DNA of 64,000 nt from Paraspadella gotoi (taxonomy: Eukaryota; Animalia; Chaetognatha), in NCBI GenBank assembly GCA_051294375.1, contig CM119266.1:14187614-14251613 (forward strand), written 5' to 3'. Each line of letters starts with the position of its first letter. Positions within the stretch are counted from its first letter, which is position 1. Shown here piece after piece: positions 50,552 through 64,000 of the stretch. The notes beneath the pieces are model-generated. The model did no database searches and was not told the origin of the DNA. It saw nothing but the letters and a program-made list of their open reading frames with translations. Position numbers and translations under genes: made by a program.

Positions 50552-53500
50552 ATGTCAGGAATGACAGACGCCTTCCAGAAAAAAGTAAATATATTGAAAA
50601 ACGGTCGGATATTGTGAATAAGTCCCTCTTTAGATGCGTTCGATTTTGTTTTCACATTGGATTTTTTTTTTTCAGTGCAAAAAGATTTTCTTTTGTGGAA
50701 GAAGGACCTACAAAAATTTTTTCTTTATAATGAGTGTAAGTGATTGAATAACAGATTCAATAATATTATAATAATAATAATAATAATAATATAATAATAA
50801 TATATTATAATAATATAATTATTATAATATATTTCTGTTTCAATTTTGTAACGGTTGTTTTGTCAGAATTCATTGCTTCAACAAGCAAAACGTATGAATT
50901 TCATCAAACCTAAATCAGATTTAGCTTACGACTTGCAGAAAGGAGAAAAATGTATAGACGAAGTAAATACCGTTGCAAGTGATAACGAAAAAAATATCCA
51001 CGAGCTGGATATCCAACAATCTAAAGATCGTGATGTGTCACTTGAAGATAGACTAGTTGAAACAAAGAACAAAGATGGCGAAGTAGACGATGTCGAAATC
51101 GAGGGAATAAATGGGAATCCAAATGGAAACATCGAAGGCGATGATGAAAACATCCAGAGCGAAAACGTCAAAGACAAGAACGTCCATGGGGAAAAGCTTT
51201 TGAACGAAGAGGGCAGAATCGAGGTTGACGAAGATTCCAAAATCATTATTAATGAAGTCGAGGGAGTCGTAAAATTTGAACTTGACAATGATTCTACGGT
51301 TGAGGAAAACGCAAGTTCTCTGTTTTCTAATATTTCTAAAGACAATCTGGACGATGCCGTCACGGAGAGAGGGTTGTCGGTCGTCGAATCTCTTTTGTCA
51401 CTCCCTAACTTGACGAATTTAATGACAAACGATAACGAAAGAAACGACGATGAAGATGACGGGGAAAATTGCCGCAGAATGCAATTGCCATGCATCGCTG
51501 AGAGCAAAAGAGTAGAGAACGAAGTTTTGAAGATTCTGTCAGAATCTAGCGTAAAAGGTTTTAAACAAAATAAATATGCTTAATAAAAGATAATGCAAAC
51601 GAAATAAATTATCATATATTTATTTGTCAGATTTGGTTTGTCCGCCAGTTTATTCGAAAAACTTGGCCAATGACGATTGTGATTACGATGATAGCCTTGG
51701 TAAAGTCTTTGGCCGAATGCAAATGCCATGCGTCGCTGAAACCGAAAAAGTGGATGAAGAAATTATAGAAATTTTGAAAGAATCAAACGTAAAAGGTTTG
51801 TGTCAATAAAATGTATGTACAACGTAAAACGTTCAAAAAACGACTAACAAAATAAATGATCGTGTATTTAATTTTATGAGATGTTTCGACCAAGAATTAA
51901 TTTTAAAGTTACTAGAAACGATGATAAAAGTGGCGAGGATGGCGATAACCAAGATAGAGTCCGTGGCATAATGAAATTACCCGTCGTCGCAGAGAGCAAA
52001 AAAGTGAAGGAAGAAGTTTCAAAAACTCTGCCTGAATCTAACTTAGAAGGTTCTAGCACAATAAAAATAGGGATAATGTGGCAGCAAGACTTAAAGCTGC
52101 CTCACTGCTGTCCGTCCTCAGCCTCGTCTCAATGGCTGAGCAGGCTAAATCATCTCATTCCATCCGTGCGTCCCGGGTTCAATCCCTGGGTATCCCGGTT
52201 CTGGCTTAAATGTGACGGTGCCGGTATAAACATGCCAGTGACAGGAGGCGGTCACTGAGGGTCCGCAGCCCCTACGCCAGTTGGTGAGATACCCTGCGCC
52301 CCGGGTATCACAGGCTATCCTCCCGTTGCCATAATAAATTAATAAAGCCAACAAAACAAATTATTTCATATCAGATATAGTCCGATCGAGATACAAATTT
52401 GAAGATTTAAGCAACAACAACGACGATGGCAAAGACGACGATAGCCATTCTGAAGTTTGTGGAAGAATGCAATGGCCAAGCTTTGCTGAGAGTAGCAAAG
52501 TGGAGGACGAAATTTTAGAAATTCTGTCAGAAACTAACGTAAAAGGTTCGAGTGTGGAGCAATAATAATAATAATAACAATAACTTTCAGAGAGAGAGAC
52601 TAAAATAAAACATGATTCCTTCCGTCGTCAGATTCAGTTCGACCGAGAGTTAATTTCGAAGACGCAAGAAACGATAACGACAATGGCGTCGGCGTCGGCG
52701 ACGTCTTTGAAATGAAGGCGACCAGGTCGAACCTTTTCGATCGGCGGTTGGCGGAGCTGGAGGAAGAATTTGACGAAGCCGGCGATGATTGGGGCATGAG
52801 GCCCAAATCTTGTCCGGAAGGAGGCAGACAGCCGGTTGGTCTATATCATGTGCTGGTTATTGTTGATGGCTAAATATCAAATTATAAACCAGTTTCTCTC
52901 CCGAATTCCAGATCCCTCGTCCTAAAAAACCCTCTACGGCCAAAGTGTGGCGGACGAACTGCTTGGGGAGCGACCTGTTGCGCCCCCAAAATCGAAGACG
53001 ACGCCGCTTCGAAAGTATCGACGATCTGTTGTACGAGTGCGAAGGAAGAGAGCGGGCGTCGCCTTCGGACAACGCCGCCGATTCAATTGAGGTTCAATTC
53101 AATTTATTCAATGAGAATGATAAGAATGTTTAAGACTTTAAGCTAACTTGATACGGGTTCCATTTTTATTTACGGGCTCTCTATTAATTCCATTAATTAA
53201 ATTGCTAAAATTAAGAGTATAAGTAAATCCATCTCAAGCATCCATCCGTCGCTATAATCCAGCTTTTTTCTTCCTAATTGAATTAATTCTATCAGCGGCT
53301 AACCTGTGCCGATGAAGACCGGCTGGCTTTGCCCAAGACCTCGTCGTCTTCGATAGTTAAAATCCACGACGAGACTGGGATTGTAGTCGTAGATACAGTC
53401 GAAGTCGGCGGCGAAGGCGGCGACGCTGTCGCGGAATTTCGAGAGAGCTTGGAAATGATCGAGCTACTTGAAGACGGGTTTCCCTTAGAGGATCGAGTTT

Positions 53501-55669
53501 TGCTCCACGAGAAAAGACCCGAAGATGCTGTTGTCGACAAGGGAGTGAGCTTCGCCCAATCCGTCGATGCAAGTATTCCCGAGATACAAACAGAGTTGTC
53601 GTCGATCGAAACGCCGGAAGTTATCATCGTCGACGCCTGTGGAAAACCGGGGCACCAAAATCACCGGAAGAAGAAAGGGGACGAAGGGAAAATAATTTAC
53701 AAAGTGCTTTATTATAAATATTATTAAACATTAAACAGTATACTTATTTAAAATAGATACCCTGCTCTCTAACTCTCATTACTTCTAAGGCTCCGACACA
53801 TCTGCGGATGAAGAAAGAGTTTGGAGAATCAACGACGAAGTTGAAGCAAGAAGAACAGAGTCTCCTCGAAGCCATCGAGAAGGAAAATCTGCTGCTGCTG
53901 CACAGAGCTCTTTACTGGTTTATTTTCGTTAATATATTATTTCGTTGTTATAAAACCAAATAATTTTGAAATCATTTAAAAACCGTTAATCCCCGCCGGG
54001 CCTTTGTCACCCAGGTGCAGAAAACAAGGGATGAGCGCTGAAGAATCTGTCCTGATGCAAACCGCAGAGGACAAAGTGGACGAGTTGCGGCAAAACATGA
54101 CTTGCTACGGAGAGGCGGCGAGGCAGGAGAAGATTAAGCTCAAGTTAAAGATTAGAGCCATGGAGCAAGAGGCCTTGGTGGAAGAGAGCCGCGTCAAGCA
54201 AGCTAAACTGTTTCTCGAGGTTCCGTGTTTCGGGATATCTTTCGTGAAAATTTATATATATATAATATATAATTTATATATATTTATATATATTTATTAG
54301 AATTTGTGAATGAATTAATCTCACCCGACACCGACGTCATTTCAGATCGCCCTTATGGCGGAGAACGAGGGTCAGATACGAAACGTTATCCAAAACAATT
54401 TTATGAATCACAACATTCCTCTGGACCAAGAGGATCAAATGAAAGTTAGTGAAAACGTTTCTTTTACAATTTCCGTACCATTTTTTAATATATAAAATGT
54501 TCTACCAATCAGATTTACCATTTGGAATTAGCTTGTGATGGTTAGTCAGTCAATTCACAAGTTTATCTTTACAGGTGGAGACCATCTTGACACGATTAAG
54601 CGTCGAACAAAAATTGGAGACCGCGTTTCGCAACGACCGACGCGCGGAGATGGAAGACGCGCTCAAGAAGGCTCACCAGCTTGATCCCGCCGTCCGGATG
54701 AGGGCGAGGTAAAGCGTATCGCTGGGGCTCGGGTGCTGAGGCATCGAATCTGACTTGTATTTGCCCAACATCCTCGTCCGTCTTCTTTTGAAGCATCAAA
54801 TTGAAGATGATGCTCGTCGAGGACAAACTGGGGAAAGTTATGAGTCTGGAAAACTTGAGGATGGAAATTTTGACTATGAACATTCAGTGCATCATCGAGG
54901 CTAGTCTAAATTACAATTACTACAATTAATTACTACAATTATTCTAATCGGTGACTATAAAGTCGATCGTCTATAAAGGTTTTCAGTTACGTTCGACCTC
55001 CCGTGGCGGTGGAAATTGTTATACGGGCCGTACTCACATTGCTCGGTTTTCAGGCGATTACTACTTTGTAATTTATAGTTTTGATCTTAGTTTTATTATA
55101 CTACTTTTGTGATCACCGATTAGGAAACTCGCTTAAAAAGTTGGAGAAGTATCAAACGAGAAATGCATCAGATGGGAACGGAAAGTATGAGAGCAAAAAT
55201 TGTAGATTTGGATCCCAGGTGAATACTTTTGTTTAATATTAAAAGATTGATTGATTGATTGATTGATTGGTTGGACTTGATTTAAATTCAGGAGAGTGTC
55301 ACAAACAGTCGGCTTAAAAGCGGAAAAGCTTTTGACAAAATTCGACTTATCTACTATCCACGCTGTTTCAAAGGTTAAACTTTTGACTACTTTATTACGA
55401 GTAAATTTTTTAAAGAGAAAACCAAGTTTATTTGTTTACAAACGGTTTTTTTTATTTCAAACTAAACTTTGTTTTCTCTAAAACGCAACGAAAAGAAAGT
55501 CTTAACACAATGAGTAATTTTTAAAAAATAAAATTAACAAACAAAACTTCTGTTCCAGCCTGTAGCTGCATTTTATAGATGGGCTTTCAACATTATTAAC
55601 CAAGTGAAAGTGATATCAAGACCTAATGAAGACTTAGTTAAAAATTTCGCATGGTTCAATGAAAATTAG
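50552..55669 (+). CDS. Uncharacterised protein: acidic tandem-exon repeats, helical repeats, C-terminal dynein-stalk MTBD-like domain
   Basis: Mostly phase-compatible exon chain (50867-51557, 51631-51795, 52375-52545, 52632-, 52912-, 53296-, 53790-, 54015-, 54346-, 54575-, 54794-54899, 54979-, 55141-, 55292-, 55559-55669) ending LENLRMEILTMNIQCIIEVFSYVRPPVAVEIVIRAVLTLLG...WRSIK...DLDP...VSKPVAAFYRWAFNII...NEN*. The start codon is uncertain. Confidence 0.78.
51400..52720 (+). repeat. Tandemly duplicated coding exons (4 full units + 1 partial, ~55-57 aa each)
   Basis: Units share D.V.P..N....NDD..DD....GRMQ.P..AES.KV.EE..EIL.ESNVK and end at an AAG|GT phase-1 donor. Confidence 0.85.
52070..52346 (+). 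mobile_element. tRNA-derived SINE-like insertion in an intron
   Basis: GC-rich ~270-nt block in an intron whose paralogous introns are only ~75-85 nt and AT-rich; A-box TGGCTGAGCAGG, TTCCA loop, B-box GGTTCAATCCC, A-rich end ataataaattaataaa. Confidence 0.62.
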
Positions 55670-56579
55670 AATGTGGAATATTGTACAGGAAGGTAGGGTA
55701 ATTAGCGATAATAATAGATGTAAATATATATATCTCGTAACCCTGTGAAATTCCAATTGACTTTTCTTTTCTCCATATTAGGCTTATAGTGAAAATGTGA
55801 ATTTGCTCTTGTTTTGCGTGGTAGGGATTTTCTTTTGAGTTTTCTGAAACAAGTGAACAGTTGGAGTTGAATCCTCGGCGCGCGCAGAGACCTACCCAGA
55901 TGACGAGGACTTCTTAACCTTTTCCGAAAGGTAAGTAAAAGGTTTGGAATCTTACGTCATATAGACAAGACGTTTTAACGGTCGACTACGAATGGAAAAA
56001 AAAAAGTTTAAATTTTTTGTACGAAAGACAGCATGCGCATTGAAATCTTCGACAGTCAAAACCAACGTTCCCGTGAGCGAATCGGGGGTGGAAAGTATTG
56101 TCTGAGCACTTCAATTGGCTTCCTTCAAATGATGATGTGTTACTTACATTCCGTTCTTCTTTTTTTCCCCCCTTTTTTTTTAAATCTTGGCTCATAAAGA
56201 AACGATTATTGATTAACACATTCTAAAAATCCGTTCTGTAAGCGTTTCACTCAATGAGTAGGAACTAATAATCGTGTACGTTGGTGATCAAACCGGTTTC
56301 TTTCTTTCTTTACTGTTGAGCCAAACTAATATCGCGATAAGCAAAATCTCTCTGGAAGTAAAATCTTATTTTCATTTGAAATTTTTAATCCTCTATCGGT
56401 TTTCGACTGAAAATTAAAAGGTTTTTCCCTGTTATGATCGGTTTAGTATCTAAGTATTTTTAGAGGTCTTATGACCCTTAATTGCCGAAGATACGTTACG
56501 TTTTTTAAGGAAGCAATGAACAATTGAACGAGTGGCAACACTTTCACTATCGCCACTCGTTCGACTACATTCGCATAAT

Positions 56580-56790
56580 CACAGTGATAGTAGCATATGA
56601 GCAAGCATTCTCTCTTTCTTCCAAGCAGCCTTGGGTTCGCGCCCCAACGGTGTTTATGCTAGTAAGCGGGACTGGTCGTCTAACTCACCTATAGTGGCGC
56701 ACAGCAGTGAGATCCGAAGCTCAGAAGCTTGCAACAGGCGGTAATTTTTCCTCTGTGGCTCAAGAAACCCTGCGAGGGTAAGTCGACTTT
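56580..56790 (+). mobile_element. tRNA-Gly(TCC)-derived SINE-like element
   Basis: CTTCCAAGCAG matches the tRNA-Gly(TCC) anticodon arm; B-box-like GGTTCGCGCCC; body 56658-56724 aligns with the tail of the 49760-49898 element. Confidence 0.62.
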
Positions 56791-58554
56791 TCCAAGCCCC
56801 CTCCTAAATTATGATGGATGTTTTGATATTATGATTATATTATATTATATATAATATTATGATATTATCATCAAAGTCGAAAAATAACTCTTCAATTTTT
56901 TTTAACTTTTTAAGCCTTTTTGATATTTACTCTTCAAAACTTGGCGTAGCTGCAATTTGGAATTTGAAAAGGTCATTTTTGGTTGCTGACCAAATTTTCT
57001 TTTTCTTTCAGAAAATATTATTTTCATAACGGTATTTTTAACCTCAAAAACTATTTAAAAGTTCTTAAACTTAATTTTTTAGCAAGCAAATAACGTATTT
57101 CCCAATCTAAAATTCTCTTCGAACGTTGATTATAAAAATTCATTTTTCACTTTTTTTTTGCGCCTATTCTGCTTCCCGTCGCGGTTTTCCTGTCTTTTCC
57201 CGACCGCAATTTCGTGTTAATTTCCGAAACACAAAAACCATAAACATCAGGCGAGGAGCAATTTTTTCGTTATTTGCTCGCGACTTTAAATTTCCGCTTT
57301 CAACTTTTGCGACTATAAAGATCGCCGTCACATCCGCCCAATTTTTTAAACAATATACCCACTCCCCCCCTCTCCCTTATTATTTCTCTCCTCTCGCTCT
57401 CTGCCAATCTACATTCACTTATTTCTACACTTGCCTGCACTTTTTTGGGGGGAACTTATCCTTTTTAATAGCTCAGGAATGTTAGAATGAGTTTGGGGGA
57501 GGGAGAAAGACCTGGAAGGCCCAACCTCCCCCTTCTCAGTTCTCCCAGCAATTCTTCCGTCGGATTAAATGAGAATCAGTCGGGAGGGGGGGGGGCGGAG
57601 AAAGATATATCTTCGCTGAACAAAGATATCATTATCTTTTTAAGCGGAGAAGATTGGCGCGATGCTTGGGCGGTTCATCCAAATTGTCTAACTCCAAAGG
57701 TTACAAAGTATCTTGGACTCTTCCCAACCAATCCCGCAACAGCGGTTGACACAAGATTTAGAATTTGAGGGCAAACATTCTTTTTTTTTTCCTTTCCCGG
57801 TTCCCCCCGTTTTTCCTTTTTCTTCTTTTCGTCGGAAAATGGATGAGCTTTTTCTCCCCTTTTTTTTTCCTTGTTACGTCACTCGCCCTCGTCTCTATTA
57901 ACAATTTAACTTCTCAAATTCCAGAAGTAAACCCTGAGCTTTCACATACTTATAACGATTTTTTCCTACAATTGTGTAATCTAGCCAATGTAAATACACG
58001 CGACACACCTAATCTAACTATTTAATTTATTTCGGACAGAAACTTAGAAAATTCCAAATTTCTCCCTTCGGAGGAAAAAAAAACACGTGATTACTTTCGA
58101 TCTTCTTCCTCGAAGCCATTTGTTTTGAAAGAAAAAAAAAGGAAAAAAAAAACTTTCCTGCGCTTAAAATTAAATTAATGATCGCGGAAATTGACTGGAT
58201 ACAGGATATATATAATCGACTGGACTAGCCGACAAGCCGTCGTTTCCCACTCCTAAACAGAACATGTATCGTGCCCCTCAATGCCGAAAGCTGTTTCTCA
58301 TTCGCGAATAAAAGGAAAGGCTTGTTTTGACGTGTAGTTCCTCTTAATCAATTTTCCAAACCGGTGGACCCTCGAAGAATAACATCTTCGGGACCCTTTA
58401 AAAAAAAACAAAAAAAACTTCACTTCATGTTTAAAACGCGATTTACTCATTAAAAAGTCTAGCTAAAATTTTTAAAACTGCAAAAACTCCGTTTCTTACC
58501 GGAAACAGAAATCAGATCTCCCTGTCTCCTTTCGCATTTCGATGTGCGACCGAC

Positions 58555-61768
<3,214 letters not shown>

Positions 61769-63255
61769 TCCTTCGACTCTCTCGTTCGTCCTTTCACATC
61801 TTTTTCGCTCGCTGACTCCTACTGCGATCTTAGTTCCGTTCCCATTTTTTGGTCCCTTTTTTATGACCTAAGTTTTTCTCCTTTGATTCATTTTTCTGTT
61901 TCCCCTTTTATTTTCGTCCTTGGTCCCTTTCTGTGATCCCCGAATCCCGTTCCCAAATCCCACCGCCAAACTTCATTCCCCGTCCTCTTTTCGTCTTTTA
62001 ATGCGTCAATTATTCTTGGAGTCGTCGAAGCTGTCGTCCACGGTCTCAAGAACCCAGTCTGGTTAATCGTTTTCAAGTTCTTCGGTGTAGAACTTTTTCT
62101 CTTTTAAAAAAGAACCCGTTCCTTTTTTTTTTTCGGTTCGTCACAAAACTTTAATCATGTGTAACCCGTGACTGGTTTTTTTAATTTTCGTTTAAAATAA
62201 GCGTTCTTTTTGTTCGCTTTGTTTCGTGCAGCATCGTGTTGGTTCTGATCTAATCTCATCGACTAATTAAATCTTAAACAGTGATAAATGTGATCAGGTG
62301 GTAATATTTGCCAACTTTACAATTTGACGGACAGCCTAATTTTCGTGTTGGACGTTAAAATGTTTAGTGAGGTTTGAAAAATTATATTCACTTGAGAGTT
62401 ACGTACATGATTTGACTTAATTTTCTTTTTAAATTTTTTTGGAAATCCAAGAAGTGGTTTAAAATTTTTTTTTTAATTAATTAATTAAATGAAATTAAAG
62501 GTTTGTTTAAAGTCAATTATCAACAGTGCAAGGAATTGTTTCTTTTTGTAAGTTATGAGGTTTTGATTGTTATTCTTTTATACTTGTCTTTTTTATTGGT
62601 GTTGAAAAAACTTTTTCATTATGCCCTGCATGCTATATTTTGCGAAATTCAGTTCAGTATCTCTTTGAAATCCATCGCATAACCATAAAATAAAACTCGG
62701 TTTTTGGAAATTATGCTAGAAATAAATAAATAATTATAATTTATTCTTCGTTCCCATTCTGTTTGTGGATTTGAAACGTTACTCTTTCGGTTAATTTTTC
62801 TACGCTCCCCATTCAATATACAACTAACACAAAACATTGAGCAAAAATGTCGTTTGGATTGTGTAAGATTTTGAATATGCATCATGGTGTATTGTATTGT
62901 TTCCTGATTAATTCGTTCATTTATAATATTCAGGAATTTTGTCATGCTTGATTTTTTTAATTTCTATTATCATTATTAGGTAAATTAGTGTTTCTGAGCT
63001 AGAAATAAAAGGTATTGAATCAGACTTTGCTGACGAGTAATGTTGGGGAAACAAAGGTTTAGTGAGAGAACGTTGCGGGAACACTTAAAATAACGCGAAA
63101 ATCAGTTTTAAATATATAAATCATTAACAAAGGCTCTTGCTAAATTAATCTGAAACCTCGAAAAGTTTAAAAAATTTGAAATTTTAGAGAAATGAATTCT
63201 GTATCGATTGCCTCCGTACGTCAATCCGTGGCCATGACATTCACTGTCCTAAGGG

Positions 63256-63770
63256 CTCCACTGCGAATTCTTGAGTCGCGCGTGAAAAGCCGCTTGTCGT
63301 GACTGCGCGAGCATGCCCTCACGCGAATCGGATGGTTCAATAAACGCCGGCGGCACGCGAGGGACGGGTCGAGCCTCCAGATCGATGCCTCCGTCACTAC
63401 CGGAATGAAAAACCGGAAAGGATTTAATATTAATATTATCATAAATATTCTTTTTCCGAATATTACTGAGCGAGTTTTTTTTTTTTTTTATTTATGAATT
63501 ACCTAACTATTCTCAAGATTTTAACTTATAGACGAACTCGGTTAGGAAATGAGGAATAAAATTGTTAATTGTTATGTCGGGATTCTCCGGACCATATCAC
63601 GATTTCGTAGTGATTCGCAAATAAAAGCAGCGACTCTCCCTCCCGACGGCCATTTCTCGACAACGTCGCGAGCGAAATTTCGGAATCGGCCGGAAGCCCT
63701 TGGCGGAAGGGAGCGAGGCACTTCGGTTCCTCGACTTAGTAACCCTGTCTTCCATCGGTACGGGTATTTC
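63256..63770 (-). CDS. Possible 3' exons of an unidentified minus-strand gene
   Basis: Two GC-rich blocks in AT-rich DNA, each with a polypyrimidine-AG boundary on the minus strand; one reads DGGIDLEARPVPRVPPAFIEPSDSREGMLAQSRQAAFHARLKNSQWSP*. No recognisable domain. Confidence 0.3.
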
Positions 63771-64000
63771 TATTAAAAAGTAAACAAAATAAGGTAGATT
63801 TCACTTCATTTTTTACCTTTAATTAATTTAGGAGAATAGTTTTGCATTTTAATTTTGGAATTTTAAATTGAATAATTTTAAAGCATTTAATTTTAAATGC
63901 AACATTTCCCTAAAGTAACAAAATTTGATTTGGAAAAACAGATTTATAAATGTTTATTGTTGTCAGGAAAAAGAATCACGATGCGATAAAAGGCATCGCT

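Noticed and set aside
51400-52720. CRISPR-like repeat-spacer array
   Set aside because: The repeats are diverged coding exons separated by GT-AG introns in a eukaryotic gene.
55888-55935. Hammerhead-like string (ATGACGA GGA...TCC GAAA GGT)
   Set aside because: The first core nucleotide is wrong and there is no room for helix I; GAAAG|GTAAGT is more simply a splice donor.
56580-56790. snRNA / RNase P / RNase MRP / 7SK gene
   Set aside because: I found no diagnostic conserved regions; AATTTTTCC is not a proper Sm site, and the tRNA-like head plus a second copy indicate a SINE.

Overview
AT-rich, intron-containing invertebrate (animal) genomic DNA from a gapped draft assembly. Reading exon by exon on the + strand gives five protein-coding genes: (1) a class-5 semaphorin (end of the Sema domain, 7 TSP1 repeats, TM helix, cytoplasmic tail; <1-39152) with large GA-microsatellite-rich introns; (2) a TRAFAC-type P-loop GTPase fused to a CPHCG zinc-finger-like module and probably a long disordered tail (41585-~46339); (3) a single-pass membrane protein with a CUB-like region and an LDL-receptor class A module (47646-~50516); (4) an acidic protein built from tandemly duplicated exons and ending in a dynein-stalk MTBD-like domain (~50552-55669); (5) Csk tyrosine kinase (58555-61768). 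The first 43.6 kb contains several fold-back (inverted) duplications whose copies differ mainly by frame-breaking indels, so they are most likely amplification, long-read or assembly artefacts. The most striking non-coding features are two short palindromic insertions (46390-46624 and 47400-47641). Each carries a minimal type-I hammerhead ribozyme core, a homologous tail and a 12-13 bp target-site duplication, as in Penelope-like elements. One lies just after the GTPase gene's putative stop codon and the other ends 4 nt before the next gene's ATG. Three tRNA-Gly-derived SINE-like elements are also present. All calls come from manual reading; no database search or folding program was run.
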